From the NCBI GenBank assembly GCA_028534125.1, contig CM052817.1, forward strand, positions 82,896,001-82,960,000: a DNA stretch of 64,000 nt, read 5' to 3'. Made by a program: the position numbers and the translations under genes. Numbering within the stretch: position 1 is the first letter of the stretch; every line of letters begins with the position of its first letter. Below are positions 51,288-64,000 of the stretch, one piece after another. The notes under the pieces were generated by a model. That model was given only the letters and a program-made list of their open reading frames with translations, did not search any database and was not told the origin of the DNA. The stretch is from Lama glama. Its lineage: Eukaryota.

Positions 51288-52749
51288 AGAAAAGTCACCT
51301 TCTTACTCTAGGTTTTGCAAAAGTTTCAATTTATTTTGCGTGTAGCTCTAGACTTTTTGTTCTATAACACATTATAACCACAGCAAAATGAAACTATAAA
51401 ACAGTCTTGGATATATTTTTATAGGGGAAAAGTCTTAATTAAAAAACACAACTTGCCTCAAAGAATGGAAATACAATTTTGTTAACATTTGTCCCCTGTG
51501 ATGTATTTTAAATTAAAAATTAGTTTGCATGCATCCATTTAAAAATGGTTAGGTCATCCTAAACTAGGAAAGAGATGGCACAGAAATGTCTAAAGGGCAG
51601 AGAAGAAAATGAACCGAGGCTGCCCAAAGTGCCTTAGTTTGGAGCTCTTCAGGAAGAAGCTGAAGAACAAGGCACTGCCTGCAAAGCAGGCCGAGTGAAG
51701 GTTTCCATCATATTACGTTGCTTCTGTGTGTAGATCACTAGATCAGAAGAGAGCCAGCTTTGGAAATTACTCATCAATGCCAAAAGAGCACTGTTCCAAA
51801 ATTAATAAAAAATTGCTTTAATATTTCTCCCTCCCGTAAATTTACATCCATCCCGTAGGTTTGGACCTATTTTTTGAAATACTTCTGCAAAGGAAAGTTA
51901 CCAACCCCAGGAACTGTTTGTGAGAGTTATTAGAAGTGCCAATTGAAACAGGAATGCAATAACATTGCATTATCTGTCAAGTTCTAAAGCTTATTCAGGT
52001 GCTCATTTAAACCCTTAGGACCTATAGGAAAATGAACATGGGATGACTTTTCATTCAGGCTGCAATAACATTTCAGTAGTGAAACTCCATAGTGGTCTAC
52101 CAGACACCAAAAATTAAGTTTCAGCAGTAAAACAAGTGTCAACAAACCTCCTGCTTCTGTGCAGAAAGAGCAGCTACTAATTAGGTAACATCAGTACATT
52201 ATAAATAATCCCTGAGACAGTCTCAAAAGGGGTCTACAGTATCACACACATGCAGCACCAACAGAATAAAGGCACCTTCGAGGCCATCCAGAAATGGCAA
52301 AACAGAGAAGTTTATAGCACAGGTTGTCTGAAATATGCCTGTCAGCTCCAAGTGCCAACATCCACACTTCAGAGGAAATCACCAAGACCTTTCATTATTT
52401 GATGGAACAAGCAGACAACAGGAATGTCTCAGTGTCAGAGCTTTTAGTAAAAGAAATTAATATTCATCAACACATCTTAATTCAGTCGACAGTTTAAAAG
52501 TTGGAATGAAGCATGTCATTCAGGCTAGGAGGTCCCTGGTCCAAGTTAAACAAACTCAAGGAGAATGTCTGGTTATAAGCGTCCTTGTTCTCTACCTTAA
52601 TAGGACTGTGCTTTCAACATTAGAAATACCCAGGTGCTAAATTAACCTTGTTATTTTATTCTGAATGACTAAGTTAACAGGTAAATTTATCAGATTAGAA
52701 AAAGATGATGTCAATAATTAATGGCAAAAATATATAAATGATCATACTA

Positions 52750-52865
52750 TTTATATATTTGTTTGCCCCACTAGACTTTGAGTTACTTAACTGTATATCC
52801 TGTGTCTAGTAAGGTATTTGTCTCACATATAGCATGCATTCAGCTAACATTTGGTGAATAAATAG
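52750..52865 (+). mobile_element. L2 3' tail
   Basis: ccccactagactttgagtt...ctgtatatcctgtgtctagtaaggtatttgtctcacatatagcatgcattcagctaacatttggtgaataaat. Confidence 0.65.
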
Positions 52866-54617
52866 AGGTTTGACGAACACATTTATAAAGCTTATCATCA
52901 GAATAGCTAATAATACAACAGAGTGCCAAAAAGAAACTTCATCAACTAACAAAAAAGGAAGAAAATAAGACTGTCAATTTGTTGAGCAATAAAAAAGGTA
53001 AAGACTTTCCTTAATAAAAATTAGTATACAATGATGTCAGCGTTTCAGCAAAAACTGCAGAATAGGAATTGAAAATTCTGCCTCTCCATAAGGTAATTTT
53101 TTTTAATGGGCAAAAATTGTCAGGATCAACTTTTCCAGAACACAAACCAAAGCAATTCAGGGGACACTTAAAAAAAAAAGAGAGAGAAAAGAAAAGAAAG
53201 GTGCCTGGATATATTTATTTTCCCCTTGGTCAGGGCCAGTGGGCTTCAGGTCTCTACATCCCCACTTGGTCACATTAATTAATTAATTAGTTAATTAATT
53301 CAATTGAGATAGATGCATCTGTCTTGGAACCATTCTTTTGCCATTTTCGAGTACATTTGGCAATATCCTTGTACACTATATTCATCTAAAGTAGCATGTG
53401 CTCTGGGAGCTGGGACATTTCACTGGGCATATATAATATTTTTCACGCCTACCCAGCTAAATACAGCACAGAATTACAGAATCAGGCAAAGATTTCAGGC
53501 TAACAAAATTTCCATTATTAGTAACATCATTTAAAAGCTTTCAAATTATCAGCTTGTATACTTCTACCTGTGTTCTGCTTTTTTCCATCCTCCCAGCAGC
53601 AGACATCCTGGCAGGTAAGATGAAACAGAAGTATGGAAAATTGGACAATGAAAGTTGGAAAAAATCTTAAGAGAAATCAATCATATTTCATTGTCAAATC
53701 CTTTTTTTCTGCTCTTCCCACTAACCCTCCAGGCCCACTAGACTTTAAAGTTACACAAGCAGAAGTTTCTTCTTCTGGAAGAGAAGACTGGTTTCTTGGT
53801 TTATCTTTTTTTGATAATATACTTTGTTGAAATCATGGAAAGTAAATAAAGGATAAATATTTGAATAAAAATATCCAGAATTACTTTCAACAGTAAATGA
53901 AGAGAACAGATGGAGTAAAGATGTATTACAACCTAAAAGAAAGCAAAATGAAGAACATACTCTATTTATAATATTCAGAAGTTATTCTGATTCCTAGTAA
54001 ACAAGTAGTTAAAAAAATTATATTCTCTACTGTATTCTTAGTGACTGGGTAAAAATCTGAACAAGTGCTCAGAGTTATTTTCTTAAAGCTTTAATTCCAA
54101 TAGTCAGTGATAAAAGCAACAATAATTGAGGAAAATTCAAACACACATAGCATCAATTTTTGAAATAAATCTTTCAGTCTTCACTAATTTCTTTTAAAAC
54201 ATCATTTGTTTTAAAACATCTGATGAATGCAGTCAAGTATCCTGTAGACGTCAAATGAATTATGCATACTGGATAAATTGAAATGGCAAAATTAGGTCCA
54301 GTGTGCTATTTTTTCTCTCAAAATGTGACTATAAATTGTTGTGATAGTGTAATGATTTAATTATTAATTAACATACTGAAGCTCGCCAAGTTGTCTGTTG
54401 TTCAGAATTACTTGCTGCCTGATTTGGTCTCCCCTGAATCACAGGTCTGTACCCCCTGGATACACATTTATTAGGCAGCCCTTGCTGGAAGAGCACTGAC
54501 TTATGTTCAGCTTGTGAGGAGAAAGTAAGATTTTGAAAGTGGAATGAAAGCCAAAGCTATTCCTTCCTCATTTTCTGCCTGCAGTAGAGCTGGCATTCAG
54601 CACATCTGGGGCTGTTC

Positions 54618-54914
54618 AGTATCTCAAAATATGACTGTATTGGAAGATGAAGTCTCCAAAGAAGTAATTAATTGAGGTCATTCAGGTGGACTTATAAGAA
54701 GTTGAGGTTTGGCCACTGACACACAGAAAGGGAAGACCACGTCAAAGGTGAAGGAGGCAGCCACCTACAAACAAGGAGAGAAACCTCAGAAGACACCTAC
54801 CCTGACAACATCTAGATCTGGACTTCTAGTCTCCAGAACTGTGAGAGAACAACTTCTGTTGTTTAAGCCCCGAAGTGAATGGTACTTTGTGATGATGACC
54901 CTCGCAAATGAACA
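54618..54914 (+). mobile_element. MaLR LTR (MLT1A-like)
   Basis: atctcaaaatatgactgtattggaagatgaagtctccaaagaagtaatt...tggacttctagtctccagaactgtgagagaacaacttctgttgtttaagcc. Confidence 0.88.
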
Positions 54915-55714
54915 GTCATCAGCTGAATAATACTATTTTGATTATGAAAATGTGTGTGACTGTAACATGCTAACCTTCATTCTTAAAAGAGTCTCATAAA
55001 GTTTCTCTAAGGATAATTCTATAGGTATGTAATAAGAAATGATCATAATTATATGTAAATCTCCCGAGATGGACTAGTTTAGCAGAAATAACACTCATTT
55101 AAATGCCATTATACCAAATGTATTTTTAACATCCTACTCTATCACTGTAAATTTGTATGAAGAATATATTCATGTAGACAAGGTTTACACATATATATGT
55201 ATAATATAAATGACTATATCAACATTCATGAAATACAGGGACAAGAAATAAACCAACATTTTAAAATTAGCTAATCACACTAGGGAACTGGAGAAGAGAA
55301 GGGACAGAAGCCAAACTAAGAGGTGCTCCATGATTGCAAAAATGTAATGTGAAGGGTCATAGCTAACTTTGTTCTTTATTTCATGATGCAAAAACATGTA
55401 CAATGCTGTCCTCCAATATATCATTGGTACTACACTAAAGACAGACTGTCGAAAATGCAGTGTTCTAACTATGCCTGTACTGGTAAAGAAAAAGCAGAGA
55501 ATTTGATCTTCCTAATGTATGGGATTCTGTCAGCACTGTGATTCCTGAGCTTTGAATATATCCTCAAGAAAGACAGATAATCCATGAAATCCATCAAATA
55601 GGAAAGAGTGAAAAAGAACCATAACAGTTTGGCACAACTCAAAATCAGTCTAAATGTTGCTGGTAGATTTCTTATTCACAAATAATAGTTGGTCCTCCCC
55701 TTGTGACTACAATT

Positions 55715-56200
55715 AAAATATTAGTTTTTGAATCAGTGTTGTATTTTCATGATTCGAAAAGAAAGTATAAGACGGTATGCAAAGCCTCTCTCCTGTCCTT
55801 GTACCACAGGACCTTTGTCCCCACGTCCATGGGAAGTCACTAGGCTGAGTTTCGGGTTCTCCTTCCATAGCTTTTCTACACATAAATGAATAGATCCACA
55901 TATAGAATGCTTAGTATACATAGGGAGCATGGTATAAACATTGTAAGATAGATAGTTCTCAGTACATAATAATCTCCCTTTTTCTAGTTGTATCTCACAT
56001 TTACCATAACGTATTTAATCAATGAATTTCTGCTGGACAGTTGTACATTTTCTAATATTTTTCTATTATCAGTAAAGTTTCAATGAATAACTTTTTATAA
56101 TTGTAAGTTTTCAGAGTAGATAAGAATATCTGTAGACAAAATTTCAAAAGATAAAATTTCTGACTATATAAATACATGTATCATTTTGTTTTCAAACACA
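55715..56200 (-). mobile_element. L1ME4-like 3' end (antisense)
   Basis: aagcctctctcctgtccttgtacc...ccataacgtatttaatcaat...tggacagttgtacattttctaatatttttctattatcag...atctgtagacaaaattt. Confidence 0.7.
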
Positions 56201-57777
56201 GGGAACTCCTGTAACAGCATAATTGGGTTCAAAAATTCAGCTATATAAAATACAGTGTCGTGTTTTTAGAAGTTAATGAAAACCAGTATTTTTAATTCAC
56301 TTGTTCGGTTAGCAAATATAAACGAAAGCAAGAAAAAAGTGTTTCCGTGTAATTGTTTTATACATGTGGGAAACAAAATAATTACTACAAAAATCATGCA
56401 CGTATATTGCAATGTAACAGACCTACATGACCAACAGACTTTCCATTCTTAACCTCACCCTATTCCTCGTGCAGATGATAAGAGCATTTAATCCACTCCC
56501 ACCTGAAAACAGAGCCAATGGTCAATAGCATTATGTCTCATGCCACATAATGTCCAGTTGTTACAGGAGGTAGATTATTTGATTGTCTAACTGACATTTG
56601 TTGGGTTGTACAATCAGCCATATCTGAGAGTATGTATTACCCTAGTTTTGCTAACTGAGTTGCAACTACATTTTAGCACACTCTATTGTACCAAAGAGAA
56701 GAACAGAGAATTTGCTGAATTTATTTGTACCTAAGTTTTAATGTAGCAGGTCTTCCTAGAGGTACACACTGAGTAGCCTTTATTTTAGATCATTGTTGGC
56801 CTACACTGCAACTCTCCTCCTTCCCTTTGTAAAGCACTACTTGATGAAGTAACTGTGTGACCTTATACCTCACCAGATACAAGAAATTCCAGTGAGAACA
56901 GTTTATATCTCGGCTCCAATGCAGTTAATCTTAAAGTCCCTCAAGTCTTAGGTGTTAGTGATGGCAAAGCCCTGCATTAGGTCATCCAGACCATCTCTTG
57001 GCAAGGTTCATTTCTGCAGTATTTGATGTTTGCTTTTCTCTACTTGGTCCAGTCCTATTCACTGACTTCAACTTTTTACAATTTAAAAGGTACACTGGGG
57101 AAATCCCCAAATTTTCTTCTCAAAGCAAATCAGCAGATTATAAAAACTAGAAAAATGTAAGAACTCTATTTTTTTAAATCTCCAGAGATGACAATGTTCT
57201 AAGGAAAGAAGAATGCTTATATCTATTTCTCCTAGAAACTTCAATCTGATGTGTTCAACCAGTGAATATTTTTGGTAATAATTATAATACTAGTTCCTTG
57301 TTACATTTATTAATTAATATCAGTATTCTGAGAATAACTATGCTAAAAAACCTATTTGAAATGGCCTGTGTGATGTCACATGGAGAAATGGTCAACACAG
57401 CTATCTAGACATGGAACAATGAGACCACAGTTACTGCATTTAAGGCAGAGCCCTGAGCTGCCCAAATAGTGGGGACGCAACAGCAGTAACACTCTTGGGG
57501 ATCACAAACCTACCATTAAGAGTCTGCTGTAAAAGAAGCAGACTGGATAGGAACTGACTTGGAATCTCTGAGAAAGCTACAAATCCTGACCACCCAGTTT
57601 TTCACTAATGCTGATATTATACAAAAGGCGCATATAAATTGTCAGAACTCAGAGACCCTACATTTAATCTGTAGACCAGCAATAATGAAAGCCGCTTAAT
57701 TTTTCATCCTAAGTTAATGATCTCATTTAATCATTTAGGACTAGATACGTGAAAAAACATACATAATATTACTTTAA

Positions 57778-57963
57778 GATTTCTACTTCTGATAATGGCC
57801 GAGTGGTGTGTTGCAGACTAATCCTCTGCCAAGAGTAACTAGAAAGGCTGAAAAATATGTTAAATCGGGTTGGAAGTATTGGATCACTACTAATGTAGAA
57901 GAAATTTGAGGGGCCAGGATTGTAAGAAAAAAAAGGAAAGCTCAGAGAAGTGAGGCTGACATT
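57778..57963 (+). mobile_element. L1ME-type 5' end
   Basis: ttctacttctgataatggccgagt...gactaatcctctgccaagagtaactagaaaggctg...ctcagagaagtgaggctgacatt. Confidence 0.6.
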
Positions 57964-57974
57964 ATGGGCCAGTC

Positions 57975-58517
57975 TAAACAGTTTTCATATGCCCCTTGGT
58001 AAAAATACATATGCATTTCTCTAGAGTTTATACCTAGAATTAGAATGATGTGTCACAGAGTATTTATATCTTCCTTTTGGTAAATAGTGCCAAAGTTTTC
58101 AAAAATGGTTGAATAAATTTACACGGTCACCAGCAATGTAGAGAGCCCTGTTTGCTCTATATTCAGCTAACCCTGGCATTTAGAAATTTTTATTTATCAA
58201 AACACAATTCAGAGAATAAAAAAAGCCAAACCAAAGAATAGAAGATAGTTGCAATGTGTGACAAAATGTGTGACAAAAGACTCACATCCAGAATATATAA
58301 GGATTCCTACAAATCAGTAAGAAAAAAAGACAATAGAAAAGTGTAGAAAAGACCTGAATAGTCCTTTTACAAAATGGAATATCCAAATTGATCTTTTACA
58401 TATTAAAATATGCTCTATTTCATTACCCATCAGAGATATGCACATTAAATGCACAGCAAGATACTTTCACACACCAATCAGAATCCTTAATATTAGAAAA
58501 ATGTAAAAGTTACCAAG
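57975..58517 (-). mobile_element. old L1 ORF2 3' region with internal inversion (57975-58180 minus, 58181-58517 plus)
   Basis: Minus piece: tttctctagagtttatacctag...aaatttacacggtcaccagcaatgtagagag. Plus piece: tgacaaaagactcacatccagaatatataagga...catcagagatatgcacattaaa...taccaag. Confidence 0.75.
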
Positions 58518-58559
58518 CCTTTATTAAAATAGCAAGTATATCTTCAAAATGAGGATACA

Positions 58560-59342
58560 GATATCTATATATACATATATATTCTGTAATCCATTATTTC
58601 CCTGGCCAAATATGGAGCATTTTTGAGCATTAGAAAAGAATACTAACAATAATACATGATAACATATTTTAAAAATTCATGAATCTATTAAAAGACAGAA
58701 ATGTTAAGAATGACTTGAATCAAGAGTCATCGTGGGGAACAGAATGCAACTGCAATGTATCATCTTACAGATAACTTAATGAGTTACTTTACCAATTAAA
58801 AGAGCTGACAGGTACTACTTTAATCAAGTAATAAAACAGCAGCACAGAAAATGGAATAAACTAATGTTTATGTGATAAAACAGAAAGTACAGAGCATCAT
58901 ATATGAAAATTCTTCACAAAACTCTTTAACCTGAATCTGATTATTAGGATACAATTCATCAAGTCTAAAACATAAGACTTTTTATAAAAACTCTTTAACT
59001 TTTTTTAATGGCAAGTTCACAAAAGACATAAAAAAAGGTGGATCACTGTTCCAAACTAAAGGAAACTAGGGACATGAAAAACAAATGCAATGTGTCAACT
59101 GTGATTACATTTCAAATAGACTATTCTTGGAAAAATTGCAGAAGTTACAGTATAGATTATATTTGAAATCATATTACTGAATCAATGATAAACATTGAAT
59201 TAATATTTTATATTTACTAATGCTGTAGTTACATAGAATGTCCTTGTTCTTAGAATATGGAGGCTGAAATGTTTGAAGCAAAATATCATAGTATCTGAAA
59301 ATTACTTTCAAATGGTTTAGCAGCAAGTACAAAAGCAGAGAT

Positions 59343-59376
<34 letters not shown>

Positions 59377-59525
59377 CAGATAGACAGACAGACATGGATC
59401 ACTAAAGGAGAGCAAACGTGGCAAAATGTTAGAAATAGATCAGCCTAGTTGAAAGATATATTTTAGATTACTGTTCTTTCAAATTTTCTGTACTTTTGAA
59501 TATTTTCGAAATAAAAGATGGAAAA
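58560..59525 (+). mobile_element. L1MC4-type 3'UTR, including a (GA)n/(GAGACA)n tract at 59343-59394
   Basis: ttaacctgaatctgatta...ttccaaactaaaggaaactagggacatgaaaaacaaatgcaatgtg...gaatgtccttgttcttaga...agcaaacgtggcaaaatgtt...aataaaa. Confidence 0.85.
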
Positions 59526-59529
59526 GATA

Positions 59530-60120
59530 TTAGGAAGGAAAAAATATTTTAGAATAACAACAACGTGAGAGGACTCAGTATCAGCAGATAAATATTAAAA
59601 GAAGTTCTTTGATTAGAAGAAAAATAAATCACATTAGGAATCACAGAGATGAAGAAAGTGTAAAACAACAAATGGGTAACTATTTGGTAATTATAAATGA
59701 ATACTGATCACATTAGACAAGATAAGGTGGGGTGCTTGAAATATTAGAGAGAATTAAAATATCTGAAAAGAATGACACAAAAGGCAGGTGAAAATGGATT
59801 TCAAGTATTTCAAAGTCCTTTCATTGTCCCAGAAAATGGTAACATCCTTAATTTATATATGCTAAGGATATTTCTTGTATATTGATTGGTAACCACAGAA
59901 AAAATATCTAGAGAATGTAATGCTAATCTAGATAAAGGGGAAGGAATGAAATGATAATACTTAATCCAAAAAGAAGGGGGAAAAAAGACAGAAAAGACTA
60001 TATAGATCAGGTGGGACAAATAGAAAACAATAATTGTATGGTAGGTTTAAACACAAATATTTCAAATGTAAACAGAAGAAGTAGTCCAAATAAAAGGTCA
60101 AGATTGTCAGTCCGGATAAC
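59530..60120 (+). mobile_element. L1ME ORF1 end / inter-ORF / ORF2 start
   Basis: aaatattaaaagaagttcttt...aaatgaatactga...ggtgggacaaatagaaaacaa...aaataaaaggtcaagattgtcagtccggataa. Probably the continuation of 57778-57963. Confidence 0.65.
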
Positions 60121-61399
60121 GTAAGGTTTAGGAAATCCTATATGGAAAACCAAAGCTTAAAATACAGACTTCCCATAGTACCGAGAACACCAAAGAGATA
60201 GGATGGTCAGAGGAGAGTGTGATCATGTGGCATTTAATATTTCCTGTAATAGATTTTGCAATGACATTCTTACAGTTGTATTACTTTCAAAATAATGAAT
60301 ATGTCTGCTTACATGGCATAAGTTGTAATGAAAAACAGAAAGACAGTTTATTTTAATCTCTTTTTTTGTGAATTTGGAAACGGCACACATTCCTTTGTAG
60401 AAACCCTTGAGGTCTTCAGATAGGAATCTAGGGAGTTCTTTTTTTTTAATATGAAATAAGCAACAGATTTCATTTAAAATGCTCAATAATTTTCATGCTT
60501 TTAGATTGAGAACATTCTAGCTGTATGTAAAATAGTACAAAAATGGTAAAGTTTAAAAGAATACTCCTTAAAAATATACTCCGTTCTTTTAAAATAAATA
60601 TCATAGATAATTTACAAAGGAGAATTGTACACATGAATTGTTTTGAAATGGAGAGTTTTAAGACTATTAGTTAAGTCACAGTCAATCATCTATACTTGAT
60701 ATTTGTCACCAGAAAAAAAATCAAATATTCTCAGCAATAACAAACTTTACGCTATTGAAAATGAAATAATAATCCAGATGGACTGCTTTAAATTCCAATC
60801 CTGCTATTTATAGAAAATATTAGTATTTTTCACTTTACCATCCAAGGATAGAAAAGTCTGCTTTGTTAATCCAAGACTAAGAACCTCAACAAACTTGAAG
60901 TTTAGTCAGTAGTATCTTTGACCAAATTTTCCATTTTCCTCCTATTTCCCTTGATTTCCTTTTTGCAATTTAGTCTGTTTTACAAGCACCACTCATCTGG
61001 AAAACTGCTCTTAAATAGAAAAGAGATAATACAATGTGGAATGAAATTGCTATTGACCACAATTCTTGTTTTTTGCTGTTACAGATATATGTAAAATAAA
61101 GTTTTAAAACTATTGTTAGAAATTGATTTTCTAATCAGTTGAGCTGTATAACGAAAAATTATTTTGTTTACCACAAAGCTTTCTGTGTTACTCTAAAATT
61201 CTTGTTATAAAGAATACCTTTTATTTCAAACAATTTTTCTCTTTAAATTTTAAAACTTTCCATTTAAATCACTGTAGATAAGAAGTCATTGGGAATCAAA
61301 AATATAATTTATTGGTATTGTTTTCAAATTAGGCAAACTATGACCCACTGAGACAATATGGGGCTACAATGAGCAGAATTAAAAATGTTTTTTTATAAT

Positions 61400-61590
61400 A
61401 ATGATAACACCAAGTTTTATGTAACACTAGACAATTTTCAAAATGTTTCTCACTATTTTATTTGGCCATCACAACACCCTTGTGATTTAGCAATAAAAAG
61501 ACAATTTGTACCATTTTATAGATAAAGGAATAAAGCTCCAAGAAGTTTAAGTAAATCCAAGTTGGATGGTTATTGATAGATTACCTAGAA
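61400..61590 (-). mobile_element. MIR SINE (antisense)
   Basis: atcacaacacccttgtga...ccattttatagataaaggaataaagctccaagaagtttaagtaa. Confidence 0.7.
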
Positions 61591-63839
61591 GAATGACAAA
61601 TTGTTTATTTATTATCCAACATATATTATGTACCTCCAATGTCCAGGCTCCCTGTATACATTGTTTAGAAATATTTCTTAGAGCCCCGGTGTTTTGTTTA
61701 TGCTATTATTGATGGTGATGGTTATGATAATGATGTAGTGTGGTATGCATGTGCACACAACCATACATGGAAGAGAAAGGAGGGGAAAAGAAATTAGACA
61801 GGGATGATAAAAGTAAGGATTAGTTAAAGACAGAATTTCAGATGAGAAGAAATAAAATTATTGCATCCAAGAATAGCTAGGTCTCCTGGAAAAAATTTTT
61901 TAAAAAAGGAAATCCAACAAAATTAGAAGAAAGGTCATTTATGTTTTTGCTAGTGGGTCTATTTTGCTAAATTATGAAAAAATTGAATTTGAAAAAACTG
62001 AGAGAATTCTTTACCAATAAAAATATTTTGTAGATAATCAATTACTGTTAATGGGAATGCATAACCAAGGATTTCAACATTTTTAGTGGACTATAAAGTT
62101 GGGTCTTTGAGGTAGATATGAAAATATAAAAAGCTGTCATAAAATTTTACATCAAATACAAAACAGAGTTAGGTAGCATGCTACATAATATCAAAAGTAA
62201 CGACTTAAGTGTGATGATAGACTCATAATTTCCTTTACTTTCCATTGCTCCTGCAAAGTTCTCTGGACCTTTCCCTTAGAAATTTCAGGGTTATGCCTAA
62301 AAATTCATTTTGCTCTGTTCCAGCTAATATATACCTTAGGAAGTATTTTTTGGAGTATATGAACTTGCATTTAAATATTCAACGCCTTTCTTATACTTTT
62401 TGATTCAGAGGTTGCTGATTCCCACATCTCACTTTCTTAATTCCTGGCATCCTTCTTTCAATCCCTTAGTCTTTGCCTTTATGAATCACATTTAGAAATG
62501 CTTCAGTTCCTTCCTATATCACACACTGGAACTTAGGCTCCTTTGTTTTTCATTATATTTCATAAGGCTTTCTTCCCAATAACGCTTTACTCTTCTACCA
62601 CTTCCTTTTTATTTTTAAGCCCCAGTTTCCGCTTGCTAATTACTTCCAATGTAAAAGACTCTGATAATGTGATTATAACCTATCAATGGAATATGGAAGT
62701 GGTGAAACCAAACTAAAAGGAGCTGAGGGACTATAGCAGAGCTTAGTAGGAGCAGCAAATGATTACTGGGCTTAGGAAAGGAAAACGACGGAGTAGGAGT
62801 AATACAGGTTAGCATACTAAGCACTACTAAAATGTAACTTTCTTACTTTTAGTGGTATCATAAACTGATTTGCCTATGTGTCCAACTCAGGGAGAGACAA
62901 AAATCACTACATGGCCAATTGCTGTGAAGAAAGAAGAAAGTGTATAGATAAGGAGACTACAGAGAAAGTGACCAAACTAGGCCAGTTCTAGGCTGAAAGA
63001 AGAGATGGTAGTTTCACCAAGGTCTTCAAACTCCACACGTTCAAGGTGCACCAGAAAAGTCATGAAGCTGCAATCAATTACTGCAATCAAACTTTCTCAC
63101 ACTGAAGCCTAGTTCTAATAGTTGCAAATGAAGTTAATGGGTATCGCACAAGAATTCTGTATTTTCATATACCCTATCGGTTTGATTGTTTATATATAAA
63201 TTGTAAGTATTTTATGCTACATGAAATTTTATCTACAATTCTATGGGAATATTCACCTGCCATATTCCTCCTATTCCCAAATGTACCAAGAAGGGGGTGG
63301 ACAGTGACAAATTCATGAAAAATACCAAAGAAAGAATTACACTTATAATTGCACTTATGATTCATATTATTTACTTATGGTAGACTAAAAATTCACATGT
63401 AAAAATGTAGACAGGAAACATTTACATATAGTTACATTTCCATAATGATTATATTATGGGGAAATGGTATTATACCCTGATATAGAAATAGCCAAAAAAA
63501 AAAAAAAACGCTCTAAGATTTAACTACTTTCCAGGATTATTTGGTTTCAATTTTTGCTCTATTACCTGAGTGCTTGTACTCTCAAGTCCTGTAGTATTGT
63601 GTTTCAAAGAGGAAATTGTTAGTAAAGTACTTACCTTAAATAAGAGAACAAGCTTGAGCTTAGGGTTTCCAAATACAAAAATTAAATTATCATTTGAGAA
63701 AAAAATACTACACATAAATTCTAAACAAAAGAAGGTTTTCATTTTTTTTCCTTTTCTTTAGATGGGATCATTTTTAATGAGCTATCTTCAAGTGCACTTA
63801 TCTTTGTCATCCCCATGTTAATTTTAAGACCATACCTTA

Positions 63840-64000
63840 AAATATTTATTTTAAATATTGTATCTTTTGTTCTAAATTTTCATTTGGTTTCTTTTTATAT
63901 TATCAGTTTCCCTGCTATTTCCTATCTTTTCATCATTTTTTTCCTCGACCATCTTAAGCATACTTATAATACCAGATTTAAAGCCTTCCTCCAACAATTC
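63840..64000 (-). mobile_element. old L1 ORF1-region fragment (antisense), runs off the window end
   Basis: tattgtatcttttgttctaaattttcatttggtttctttttat...cttaagcatacttataataccagatttaaagcc. Confidence 0.55.

Noticed and set aside
50831..51367. Cluster of overlapping Y/I/C/H-rich ORFs
   Set aside because: Artefact of TA/CA dinucleotide low-complexity sequence.
1..64000. A novel multi-gene system, RNA genes or a processed pseudogene
   Set aside because: I saw no long ORFs, no tRNA/snRNA/rRNA similarity and no recognisable retrocopy; the content is explained largely by TEs and unique non-coding DNA.

Overview
This window is AT-rich, CpG-depleted placental-mammal genomic DNA, either intergenic or deep intronic. 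It is not microbial: there is no CRISPR array, operon, rRNA or tRNA, and none of the supplied ORFs is a convincing protein gene. It is dense in old transposable elements (L1M-type LINE-1, L2, MIR, MaLR/ERVL/ERV1 solo LTRs, MER2B, MER5A, MER103C-like). It also holds three younger 5'-truncated L1 3' ends of the cetartiodactyl type. I saw no Bov-tA, CHR or PRE-1 SINEs, which hints at a camelid (inference only). The best-supported curiosities are structural: a triple-nested L1 with readable target-site duplications (TSDs), an ancient L1 with twin-priming inversion geometry, an L1 5'UTR fused directly to ORF2, a perfect 50-bp spacerless palindrome, a fold-back minisatellite and a perfect 49-bp tandem duplication. 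More speculative are CpG-retaining unique blocks (15.5-15.8, 29.8-29.96 and 34.6-35.0 kb), several strong minus-strand splice-site pairs and a liver-type promoter motif cluster near 5.0-5.1 kb. I found no well-supported novel biological system. Repeat subfamily names come from recalled consensus similarity, not a database search, and most boundaries are approximate.
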